A stretch of DNA of 64,000 nucleotides from Eledone cirrhosa (taxonomy: Eukaryota). The notes beneath the pieces were generated by a model. That model had not been told where the DNA came from. It saw only the letters and a list, made by a program, of their open reading frames with translations, and did no database searches. Made by a program: the position numbers and the translations under genes. The stretch spans positions 34,286,001 through 34,350,000 of the forward strand of contig OZ024757.1 of NCBI GenBank assembly GCA_964016885.1, in the 5' to 3' direction. Below, one piece after another: positions 1 to 11,296 of the stretch (position 1 is its first letter; each line of letters begins with the position of its first letter).

Positions 1-929
1 TTGTCTTTCCCTAGAATAACATCACATATAGTGTGTATATGAGTTACAGTGATACAGGTGCCAAGCTTTCCCTTTCCCTTAGATGATATCGGTGGGGCGT
101 AGAGAGAGCATGTGTAATTTGTGGAAATGGGGAGGGCTAAATTGGCCACGGAACTTAAATTGCAACCTCAACTTACTACTAATACCACTGGTATGACTAC
201 AACTGCTTCTACTATTACTACTGCTAATAATAATAATAATACCACTGGTACTACTAATACTGCTGGTACGACTACTGCTGCTTGTACTACTAAATTTATC
301 AAGTTTCATTGAAGGTATTTTTTATAACTTGTTATTAATTAGAAATTGCTAGTGTGTGTATATATATATATGTACAGTATTATTAATAATAATACTTAGC
401 TATGTCCAATGTGTATTTTTTCTTATGTTTACTATATTGTCGTAGTGTAAGTATTAGTTTGATTATACATATGGACACATTTGTAAGGTATTAAATGATT
501 TAAGAAATTTATTCTATCTTCACAATTTGTTATATATGTATTTATATATTTCTTTCTTCTGGTCGGTTTTGTAACAGGTTGAGGGTTCATCTGGGCAGGT
601 TGCTGGCTCTCCACAGAACAGTCGGATGGTGGGGCTGCCATCTTGGTGGCTAGCCAGCACTCTGCGAATCACCATTGGTTTGGAACCTACCTGAGAGACC
701 GGCTCACCTAGAATGGTCCTACAAGGAGCAAAGCTCCAGACGGCAATGCTCTCTTGGATTTACAGAACACACAAGGCCAGACCCAAGAGTGCTACACACA
801 CACACACATAACAAAGAGGGTGTGGTAAGATACCAGGTGAACCATAATACACCAGAGTACTCAATACTTAGGGTAGTAGAGTGGGTAATAGGAAAAGAGT
901 CAGGACTCTTTTCCTATATATATATACAC

Positions 930-1450
930 TCACACACATTAGAAGCTGTAGACAGCTTCTGCTACCTAGGTGACTAAATAAGCAGCAGAGGTGGGTGTTC
1001 TGAAAGTACAGTAGCCAGAGTGAGAATGGGATGGACGAAGTTCAGAGAGCTACTACCACGGCTAGCTTCAAAAGGCTTTTCCCTCAAAATGAAAGGCAGA
1101 TTGTATGGTGCATGTATACGAGCAGCAATGTTGTCTGGTAGTGAGGCCTGGGTGCTGTGTGCAGAGAACTTACGAAGATTGGAAAGAAATGGAGCTTGCA
1201 TGCTTCATTGGATGTGTAATAGCAATATATGTGAACAGCAAAGCATAAACGAACTGAGAGAGAACCTAGGCATGAGAGGAATTAGATGCAGTGTGCAGGA
1301 GAGGAGATTGCATTGGTATGGACATGTGATACATATGAAGGATGGATGACTGCTGTATAAAAAGGTGCAGAATGGAAGCTATGAAGTAGGAAGACTTGGG
1401 ATGAGGTGATAAAAGCTTGCACTGAAAGGTGATGACACAGGACCAGGATT
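930..1450 (+). mobile_element. Decayed RTE-like LINE fragment (C-terminal to RT)
   Basis: Translations VDSFCYLGD, GWTKFRELLP, KGRLYGACIRAAMLSGSEAW and RRLHWYGHV are typical of RTE-clade ORFs. Stops are present. Related pieces lie at ~23220-23400, 24900-25220 (-) and 57600-58300 (+). Confidence 0.8.
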
Positions 1451-1707
1451 TCTGGCGTTATGCAGTAATAGAGAAGACCCGCTTTCCCATGAGCACAGAA
1501 CACTAGAAAGAATTATTTTGAAATTTTTAAAACCATTTCCCATTGGAATCACTTTAGAATGCATCTTTTTAATTTTATTTTTGATTTTTATTATTTTTTT
1601 CTGTTTCAATTTCTTTTCTATTTTTATTTTTTATTACATTTTTTTATATATATTTTTCTTTTTCATTTCATTTATATTTTCGTATTTTTATTTTATTTCA
1701 ATTTTAG

Positions 1708-2042
1708 AGTCGCCACGGTCTTCACCGCGATCTCTCAACCGACAACGACACATTCACAGAGGGGAACGTCAGAGCACACCAAAACATGACATTGTAATAG
1801 TGGCAGAGGGCGGGCCTTTGCAGAAGGATCCCGACCCTGAACAGACCAAACTGAATGCCATCCCTGTCTTTCAACCAGTGATCAAGAAATCCATTAATGG
1901 GGGCCGAGGAGAAATGGAATACATAGACAAATTAGACCACCGCCAGGTGCTGTTGCTCTGTTTACGGTACCAGCAGCACTTGAAGCAGTTGTCAGAAGCT
2001 GTTGCTTTTGATCAAAATGCTCTCTGTATCCGAGTTAAAGAG
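1708..2042 (+). CDS. BORCS5: BORCS5 (BLOC-1 related complex subunit 5 / LOH12CR1 / myrlysin), penultimate coding exon
   Basis: Acceptor ttttag at 1707 follows a long pyrimidine tract, and the donor is GAG|gtgagt at 2043. The peptide DIVIVAEG...IPVFQP...LDHRQVLLLCLRYQQHLKQLSEAVAFDQNAL matches the BORCS5 family. No upstream exon was found in the window. Confidence 0.92.
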
Positions 2043-2051
2043 GTGAGTTTG

Positions 2052-2330
2052 TGACAGAGAGAGGAATGGGAGAGTGGCACAGAGAGAGAGAGAGAGAGCA
2101 GAATGGGAGAGTGATAGAGAGAGAGCAGAATGGGAGAGTGATAGTGAGAGGAATGGGAGAGTGACAGAGAGAGAGAGTGATAGAGAGAGAGCAGAATGGG
2201 AGAGTGACAGAGAGAGAGAGCAGAATGGGAGAGTGACAGAGAGAGAGAGAGAGCAGAATGGGAGAGTGACAGAGAGACAGAGAGGGGGTGGGTGGGAGAG
2301 TGGTAGAGAGAGAGGAAGGGGAGAGTGACA
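2052..2330. repeat. GA-rich minisatellite (GAGAGCAGAATGGGAGAGTGACA-like units)
   Basis: Repeated GAATGGGAGAGTGA(C/T)AG separated by (GA)n. Confidence 0.9.
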
Positions 2331-2482
2331 GAAAGAAATAGAGGATTAACAGAGAGAATAAGGTGACGAGAGAGTGTGTAAAAAGGAAAGAAATGGGGGG
2401 GGGTAATAGAAAGAGAGATAGGAAGGAGGGGAGAGATTAATTCAGGTTAGATTATAATTAGAATCTACCATCTAATTAATGA

Positions 2483-2660
2483 TAATTGTTTCTACATTTG
2501 GCACAAGGCCAGCAATTATCCCAGTGTATTACTGGTACTTTATTTTATCGACCCTGTAAGGATGAAAGGCAAAGTCAACCTCGGTGGGATTTGAACTCAG
2601 ATCGTAAAGGGACGTAACTATGCTGGAAAGCATGGCGTCCGACCCTCTACCGATACTGCC
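2483..2660 (-). mobile_element. tRNA-derived SINE family A with Nin/Deu-like core
   Basis: Head has B-box GAGTTCAAATCC and core ACTTTGCCTTTCATCCTTAC(A/G)GGGTCGATAAAATAAAGTACCAG. Other copies: ~2957-3134+, 4180-4310+, 8175-8282+, 14520-14640-, 30410-30505-, 37340-37478+, 40705-40890-, 40910-41090-, 47664-47811-, 52467-52572-, 53114-53246-, 60103-60222+. Confidence 0.85.
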
Positions 2661-2956
2661 AATAATGATGTATGTTGTGTGTTTTGTAGCTATCTCTGTG
2701 TATGTCTGTGGAGCTGTGTGTTGTATGTGTCTACAATATTTTTAGGATGGAATAATTATTAGTATTATTTCAAATTAATTATATGATGCATATGTTGTGT
2801 GTAGCTGTATGTGGCAGTGTCTCGTTTTGTGTGGTGGTGTGTGATATGTGTATGTATGTTTTGTTGCTATCTTTGTTTGTGTGGTGGTGGTGTGTTGTAT
2901 GTGTTTATGAAATTTTCAAAATAGAGTGATTATTGTCATTATTATTATGGTGGATT

Positions 2957-3134
2957 AGAAGTATCGGTAGAGGGTCGGACTCCATGCTTTCCACCATAGA
3001 GTTACGTCCCTTTACTGGCTGAGTTCAAATCCCGCCGAAATTAACTTTGCCTTTCATCCTTACGGGGTCGATAAAATAAAGTACCAGTAATGTACTGGGT
3101 AATTGATGGCCTTGTGCCAAAAGTAGAAACAATT
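2957..3134 (+). mobile_element. SINE family A copy, inverted relative to 2483-2660
   Basis: Near-complete reverse complement of the 2483-2660 copy, in the same BORCS5 intron. Confidence 0.85.
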
Positions 3135-3360
3135 ATTATTATTATTATTTTTATTGTGCATCATTACTGCTTTACCGAGCACAGCTCTGTGTACTTTGGG
3201 TATGAGCAGTGTAGTTTATGCTGGTGTTGTTTCTATTGTATTGATAGTACTTTTTGTAATATGTGTGCAGTACCTAGTAGTGCTATCTCTTGTATGCTGT
3301 ATATATTTGTAAGTCCTGGAGTTTTTGCTATGTATTTGTCTATTATTATTATTATTTCAG

Positions 3361-3585
3361 ATTGATTACACGATGCATGTGTTGTTGAACTCTCTCACGG
3401 AAAGACAGAGGAAGTATGCCAAGTACACAGAACAGTTCCAACGTGTCAGTGAGACGTTGTCCATTCTAAACCGCATCAAAGGTTCCATAGACAATATCAT
3501 TCCAAAGATGGAACGTCTCAACCAGATGTTGCCAGAATCCGAGCAGCTGGAGCCCTTCTCAATGAAATCCTTACCTTCAAATTAA
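3361..3585 (+). CDS. BORCS5: BORCS5 last coding exon
   Basis: Acceptor tttcag at 3360 gives a phase-0 join. ERQRKYAKYTEQFQRV...MERLNQMLPESEQLEPFSMK matches the BORCS5 C-terminus. Stop TAA at 3583-3585. Confidence 0.93.
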   Translation: MDYTMHVLLNSLTERQRKYAKYTEQFQRVSETLSILNRIKGSIDNIIPKMERLNQMLPESEQLEPFSMKSLPSN

Positions 3586-5074
3586 ACCCTTTTGCTAACC
3601 GATGAAATTTAAACTAATTTAATTCTGTGACATAAGGGTCCTTTTTTGGGGCCTATGTTTTAATGTTGAATGCTCTTCCTGGCTCCAACCCTTTTAATTG
3701 CCTCTTTCAGTCGATTTGGCTTGTATGTTTCCCTTATTGGGAATCTGGTGGGTGGCTGGCTGGTTTCCTGAAGTATTGCAGACAGTTAGGTCGAGGCCAT
3801 TGCAGAACCCCTGAAGCTTTGACCCGTTTTTGATTTCTTGTACCAAACCCTTAACTTCCATGCATTTCAGCATGTTGTACGAGGTGACTAAAAGGGTTGG
3901 TGCCAGGAACAGCATCCGGCTGTAAAACCTTGCCTCAAAAAGACCCCATTTCATGAAGCCTCCAAGGCTAACCCCTGTTTTAGCAAGGGGAATGGCTTTA
4001 AAACGCTTGTTGCTGTTTGTTAAAAATCCAATGTAATATTTCTAATATATATATATTTTGTTGTTATATCAGTTTAGCAGTCTCTAGTTTGTTGGACTTA
4101 TTTCCCTTGTACAGTTGTGTATTGCTTGGAAATATTTCACCTCCTTATTTGCTTGAGAGGCAGTGGATTGGCATAATTGTTAGAACATCAGATAGAATGC
4201 TTTATAATATTCATACCAGCTCTCTGCACTCTGAGTTCAAAACTTGCCAAGGTCAACTTTGCCTTTCATCTTTTCAAGATTGATAAAAAAAAGTACCAGT
4301 CCAGTACTGGGGGGTTGATTCTTTTTCTGTATATCTTTCTCATTTCCTCTCTCTTTTCTTCTCTGGAAGAAATCTGCTATGTTTAAACCTGGAGAGGAGA
4401 TGGGCTCCCCTCAGGTTTTCAATGCCCAAAACATGCTGTATGTCACTACGACATGCCTATGACCCATTCAAAGTTACAGGTCATACATACATAATTTGCT
4501 TGAGATGGCTTAAATGGAGGTGATGTTAGGCAGTCTCTAATTGTATATATATAGCTTGCAAATATTTCACCTTGCTTGCTTGAGATGGCTCAGTGCAAAT
4601 GGCATTGGTATACCTTGTTCCTGTAATGTGTGTGTATGTTTAAAATGAAATGAAAAAAGTTTGTATTACTGGTCCTAGAAACTTTTTCTTCTACATTTCC
4701 TTAGTTCAACTGGCCATGAAGGAGAATTCAATGCTATTGGAGAATGTTATTGACAATAGACTAGTATTCTTTGCCAGGTAGAGGTTCATCTCCCATCTAT
4801 TTGACACTGTAAACCAGAAAATCAGGAGAAAGTCTGGAACCTTCACCTCCATACTCCAATTTTTTCTCCTACTGGATATGAAATACATTGGTTATGTGGT
4901 TAATGTCCTGGGCAATTGGTTACTATGTTTTGTATAGTCATTTATATCAGAGATCCAGTCCTGCAGTTATACAGCAGTATCAGGGGTATCATATAACCCA
5001 CTTAATCAGCTGTTGCTTGCCTGTTAGTGTCTTGGTCCGTGTTAGTTCAAAGCCAGTGATACAGTGTGTTAATG

Positions 5075-5430
5075 CCTCATCTACCTGTGGTTTATCTGTT
5101 GCTGTTTTTAACAGTATCTGTATTAAAATTAGAATATCTTTACCTGTCATCTGCCTGTGGTTTACTTGTTGCTGTCTTTAACAGTATCTCTATTAGAGTA
5201 TCTTTACCTGTTATCTACCTGTGGTTTATCCTGTTACTGTCTTAAGTAGTGTCAGTATTAGAGATACAGTATCTTTACCTGTCACCTATCTGTTGCTGTC
5301 TTTATCAGTGTCTATTAGAGGTATGTTTACTTTCATCTACCTGTGGTTTACCTGTTGCCATCTTTAACAATATCAGTATTAGAGTTACAGTATGTTTCCC
5401 TGTCATCTACATGTGGTTTACCTGTCATTG
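5075..5430. repeat. Degenerate tandem repeat, ~55-60 bp unit
   Basis: Recurring ATCTACCTGTGGTTTA(C/T)CTGTTGCTGTCTTTAACAGTATC..TATTAGAG. Confidence 0.8.
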
Positions 5431-5924
5431 ACATAATCAACATTACAACACAGCACCAATAATGGAGTATGATATATAAAAATGTTAACAGCATATAAAT
5501 ATCTGTGATTTCTGTAAATGTTTTTGTTTAGAAATAATTAATAATTAATACATAATTTAATGAATTTCTTTCTTTCACATTTTGTCATTTCTACAAAACA
5601 AGAATATTACCACAAAACAGAAAATAAAAAATAAAAAAATAAAATTGAATGTTTTATTTCTCCACGTTTTGTCCTCCAAAACATTATTTAACTCTTAACT
5701 TCAGCAATAGATGTATTGCAATAACTGCTTTAGTGGTAAGACACATACCAGAATATACCTTTGATTACAGCATTTATTAACATTGGGTTGGTTCCAATCC
5801 TCACTGTGATGTTACCCTCAATATATTCTGTTTCATTGAAATAAAACATTTTATATAATATATAAACATGCTTGTTTGAGAGCTGATGAGGTCACATGCA
5901 TGTGTGATTTATTGTATTTTTGTA

Positions 5925-6340
5925 TTGTTGGTGATTTACATGATAAACACACCCAGTATACCCTTTAAAGTTGTTGGTGATGGGAAGGGAATCCATCCGT
6001 AGAAAGCTTGCCAGACATAAGGTCAGGAGGACCCCTCAGTTATGTCAAGGACATGACAACCTCTCTAGTGTTGGGGATTTGCACAATAAACGCACCCAAT
6101 GGTTGGTGATAGGATGGGAATCCAGCTGTAGAAAGCTTGCCAGACAAAGTGTCGGGAGAACCCTTCTGTCATGTCAAGGTCATGATGGCCTCGCTAGTTA
6201 TGGTGATTTACATGATAAACACACCCAGTACATGTTGTAAAGTAGTTGGTGATAAGAAGGGCATACAGCCATAGAAATCTTGCCAAACAAAGGGTTGAGT
6301 GGACCCTCAGTTGTATCAAAGGCATGACAACCTCTCCTGA
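5925..6340. repeat. Tandem ~110-130 bp units of a dispersed repeat; related arrays at ~13230-13580 and 45250-45360
   Basis: Recurring GGTGATTTACATGATAAACACACCCAGTA...GGTTGGTGATAGGAAGGGCATCCAGC.GTAGAAAGCTTGCCA. Confidence 0.75.
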
Positions 6341-6967
6341 GAACTCGGAATGTGAGATTATTCATAAGCGAGACACAGATCCCTGGCCTGCCTGGGAGAT
6401 CAGTGACTCCGCTTTAGTACTGACTTGGTTTGTATGGACCCATCTAACCCTTACTAGCAGGGAAAGTGGACATTGATGATGATGTATTGTTGATAACATT
6501 TGTCTTCCTTTCTTTCTTCTTATCACTTCTCCTTCTCTCTCTCAGTCATAATACATATTTCTGTGGCATTAATTATTACATAATGCTGCCATCACGTAAC
6601 TACCAACATGACTTCATCAGACAGCATCTTAAATAAGGTTATGTAATATTTCTAATGCAATACAGGCTATTGATAAGAAGACAGACTCAAAGAGGACCAA
6701 CATGACACGATCTCTATGGTTGGATGTCCTTCCTGATGCCATCCACTTCATGGTATGTACCAGCCACTTTTTATTATCACCAGCACTATCATCTGACAAA
6801 GTGGACTGGATGTTTTTATCATGCTTTTTACTACTACCACAAGCCATGCTAAGCCAGTACCGTAGAGAGTTGCTGATTTCTCAGATGGGACTGTGGGCCT
6901 GCAACTCACTTTCAAATTTTTCCATGCTCTACTGAGTGCATTTCATTGTCGGAATCCTGACTCTTTT

Positions 6968-7021
<54 letters not shown>

Positions 7022-9880
7022 ATACACGTGTGCGCGCGCACACATATATATATAGAGAGAGAGGGAGAGAATGATATTAGTTGCAGGTTTTTCTGAATTC
7101 CCACTGAGTTATTCCCCTTCATAAAATCTTATGGAAGCGAGGAGTAAGAGGCGTTGCAATAAAATATCAATTTCCCGCTCCATTCAAAGTTTAACTTTTG
7201 ACGTAAACTGGTCTTCTTCGAAGTAATGAATATTTTACAGTAACATTTATACACTGTAACAGGTAAGATATAATATACACTTTGGATACTAATATACGAT
7301 TTTAGAAAATATCATTTACAATCGCGAACTTTTGTATATTTTATTTCGCCGGCGAGGCCTCGTGCGTCCACTTCGGTCTTCGATATGCCGTTTTCTTCTG
7401 CAAGATCGGGAGGAATGCATCCTATCTGAGAAAGAAACTGAGTGTGGATATAGCTGATGCATCGGGTGTGATTGGGTATTCTCCGCAGAAATACCTTCAC
7501 TATTTTACCCACGTGTTGCGTCTGAGATATACCACCCAGACTGAGGTTTAGTCTTCTGCCCCTCTTTTCCCTTACTTTCGCTTTTTAACCCCATCCCCCT
7601 TTATCTTTCTTTCTACTGTATTATTTTATGTATTGAATTTGATCAAATATGTTTTACTGTTAAAAAAAATTATATACTTAAGATTATACAATATAAACTT
7701 TATTCATCGCTGTTTTTTACCATACACGGAATTTGCTTTTTCTGCTAATACAAGTTGAAACAGTTTGACAAAAAACCACTGATTCTATTTTAATAAGAGC
7801 GTTGGATGTGAATTTGTTTTTTCCTTTGGCGAAAATGTCCTTCAAAACCGTCGTAAATTATTCGTCTTCTCTGGTTCTCCCCACTCGAGAACTCTCGGCT
7901 CTCACCAGGTTGTCTGTTTGAGACTGGAAGAAGGGTTGACTAAATAACGAATAATTTCAGACGGCCTTGATTGTCAGATTCGTTCAAAATATATTTCTTA
8001 AAAAACATAGGAAAAACCAATTTCACACCCTAAGTAAGAGGGGTGTAATTGTAAAAAAAAAAAAATAATAAATTACAGTCCATTTTGTCCTTTTTATTTC
8101 AGTAAGTGATTTAAGGTAAACGTAGTTACTGTTTTCAGCAGGTTGAATAATCTAGAAGAGTCAATATTTAATCAAAATCCCGCCGAGGTTAACTTTGCCT
8201 TTCATCTTTACGGGGTCGATAAAATAAAGTATTAGTAATGCACTGAGTAATTGCTGGCCTTGTGCCAAAAATAGAAACAATTATTTGATGTGTATCTTTT
8301 GTATTCGAATATGCAGCCGGCAAACCCTAACGGGGCGCAACATGCAGCGTTTCACCAAACCCCTGTTGCCTGTAGGTACGTTACGAATGGACGACAAAAT
8401 GAAATTGTTTTTAACAATTGATGGTGGAAAAGATTTCAAATTGTCTTCACTTAGACCGCAACTCATAGTAACTGACACTCTTACCGGCTACGTAGCCTCT
8501 TCCTTTTGTATTTGTAGCTAAACATTTCCATGTACAAAATACATTAATCGTTTCGTCTTTCGCTTGATGAGTAACAATGTCTCATTTTAACAGTTGCACT
8601 TTTTTTGTCTCTGTTCTTAATGCCAAGCCCTAGTAGCCTCGAAGCCTCTATGTGGTCAATAGCTCTGTTAGAAATAGCACCGGAATCCTTGTTTAATTAT
8701 ATAGATCAATTCATCCCCTCCCCCCCAAACACTTTCTTTGTGTGTATGGGAGGGGGGTAAATAGACGTGAAACGATGATTATGATTTTAGATGAAAACTA
8801 AACAATGCCATGTCATGAAAACATTTGGTGCATAGAATTACGTCATCATCATTACGTGGGATAGATCAAACGACTGTCTTGCTCATATATTCCATTTTTG
8901 GCATGGTTTCTATGGCTGCATGCTTTTCTTAACGCCAACCACTTCGTGGTGTGTACCAGGTTTGATTTCTCATGGTATCACCACTACCACCGTTACAGAG
9001 TGAGCTGAATGTATTTTATCATAACACTTGCATTGCCCTTGTACAGAGTGAGCTGGATGTCATTTTATGACACCAACACTTTCACTTTCCAATGAGGGCT
9101 GATTGAATTTTATTGCGGTACCAATATTGCTACTTTACAGTGTGGGCTGGGTGCATTTTATCGTGGCACCACAAACTTGAAATAATAGACTGGAAAGGGT
9201 ATGGCTGTAGACCTGTTAATATAAAGACTTCACATAAAATTTTATTATGTAATTTTAATAATAAACTAGTTTACCCCTCCCCACTGGTACTTCACTACCA
9301 CAACTTCCTACAGATATCTACCTTATTACCTCTAACGCATGTAAGATTCTTTAGCTTGCATTTCTCTTCTCAGGGGTTACCTCCCCTTTTCACTGCTACA
9401 TATATGTGGTGGACAGACGGAAAAACAGCTTTTCTTTCCTAATATAGATTAAGTAACATAGTTGTTCAGATAACTGTTTATATCTACAGTTTATAGAAAT
9501 GTAGTAAATTTCTACATTTTAAAATATCTTCTCTATCTTATACTGTTTCTCTATTTCAGAATATCAGATGACATTGGCATAAAGGAATATTTCACTGTAG
9601 ATACATCATCAATAATTACCATCTTTTGAAAACTAAAAGAAGATATGTGTAATAGATATAACACTGTTTATATATAAATTTATGGTGGAATTACTGTGAA
9701 ATATCTCCTCTGAACTGAAATTATTAGAAATATATGCTCAACTTCCTTGCTTGGACTCTGTAGATTCTTGTAGTATCTTCAGATATCAACAAAGATTACA
9801 GTTGATGAAAATATAACAATATTTGTTAAGTATAAAATATTAAAACCAAATATCATAAAACATCTGCTGATAGAAGAAAT

Positions 9881-11296
9881 ATGGAAAATAAGTTCTGTAA
9901 AAAGAAGGTTAAATGTAATAGACAGACTAAAAAGATTAATCTTCCTGATAAGCTAGGAAAAGGATCATACCACTGTGATATATGTGGTATATCCTTCTCT
10001 CTAAAACGTCACTATACAACTCACAAACGTATTCATACAGGAGATAAACGACCCCGTTGTGATATCTGTGGTAAATCTTTCTCTGAAAAAACTAATATGA
10101 ACACTCACAAACGTATTCATACAGGTGAGAAGCCATATCACTGTGATATCTGTGGTATATCCTTCGCTCAGAGTGGTAACCTTGCTACTCACAGACGTAT
10201 TCATACAGGAGAAAAGCCATTTCATTGTGATATTTGTGGTAAATCATTCTCTCAAGGGAATGACTTGACTACGCACACACGTGTTCACACAGGAGAGAAA
10301 CCATATCACTGTAATTTCTGTGATAAAACATTTTCTGAAATAACTCACTTGATTACTCATAAACGTGTTCATACAGGAGAGAAACCATATCACTGTGATA
10401 TCTGTGGTATATTTTTCTCTCAGAAAGGGAACTTAGCTCTACACAAACGTACTCATACAGGAGAAAGACCATATTCCTGTGATATCTGTGGTAAATCATT
10501 TTGTTTTGGCAGTATTGTAACTAAGCATAAACGTATTCATACAGGAGAAAGACCATATCACTGTGATATCTGTGATAAAACATTTACTGAAATTAGTAAC
10601 TTGAGAAAACACAAACGTATTCATACAGAAGAGAAGCCATATCACTGCGATATCTGTGGCAAATCATTTTATGTAAGTAGTGGTTTAACCAGTCACAGAC
10701 GTATTCATACAGGAGAAAAACCGTACCACTGTGATATTTGTGGTAGATCGTTCTCTCAAAGTAGTGGTTTAATTAATCACAGTCGTAGTCATACAAGAGA
10801 AAAACCATATCGCTGTGATGTCTGTGGTAAATCATTCTCTAGAAATGGTGACTTAAGTAAACACAAACACATTCATACTGGAAACAAACCACATCGTTGT
10901 GATAACTGTGGTAAATCCTTCTTTCAAGCTTGTAATTTGAGGAAACACAGTCGTATTCATGTAGAAGTCAAGCCATATCACTGTGATGTCTGTGGGAAAT
11001 CCTTCTGTGAAAATAGTAGGTTGATTGTTCATAAACGTATTCATACGGGAGAAAAACCATATCACTGTGATATCTGTGGTAAATCATTCTCTCAAAGGAG
11101 TTCTTTAACTATTCACAAACGCGTTCATACAGGAGAAAAACCATATCGCTGTGATATCTGTGGTAAAGCATTCTCTGGAAAAGGTGATTTAGTTAAACAC
11201 AAACGTATTCATACTGGAGAAAAACCACATCACTGTGATGTCTGTGATAGATCATTCTCTCAAGCTGCTCATTTAAAAAGACACAGATGTATATAG
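9881..11296 (+). CDS. C2H2 zinc-finger protein ZNF1 (471 aa; 15 C2H2 fingers plus terminal H-x-C finger)
   Basis: Intact ORF of CxxC-x12-HxxxH repeats with TGEKPY linkers. Acceptor at 9559; candidate first-exon donor CAG|GTAAGA at 7263. Confidence 0.95.
   Translation: MENKFCKKKVKCNRQTKKINLPDKLGKGSYHCDICGISFSLKRHYTTHKRIHTGDKRPRCDICGKSFSEKTNMNTHKRIHTGEKPYHCDICGISFAQSGNLATHRRIHTGEKPFHCDICGKSFSQGNDLTTHTRVHTGEKPYHCNFCDKTFSEITHLITHKRVHTGEKPYHCDICGIFFSQKGNLALHKRTHTGERPYSCDICGKSFCFGSIVTKHKRIHTGERPYHCDICDKTFTEISNLRKHKRIHTEEKPYHCDICGKSFYVSSGLTSHRRIHTGEKPYHCDICGRSFSQSSGLINHSRSHTREKPYRCDVCGKSFSRNGDLSKHKHIHTGNKPHRCDNCGKSFFQACNLRKHSRIHVEVKPYHCDVCGKSFCENSRLIVHKRIHTGEKPYHCDICGKSFSQRSSLTIHKRVHTGEKPYRCDICGKAFSGKGDLVKHKRIHTGEKPHHCDVCDRSFSQAAHLKRHRCI

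Noticed and set aside
83-315. Possible upstream BORCS5 exon (ag|ATG ... AAG|gt)
   Set aside because: The 5' part matches a dispersed repeat also seen reversed at ~16940-17000, the rest is ACT-type low complexity, and no frame resembles BORCS5.
5830-5915. Hammerhead motif around CTGATGAG at 5883
   Set aside because: No GAAA follows the downstream hairpin, and the permuted reading lacks a core-proximal stem I.
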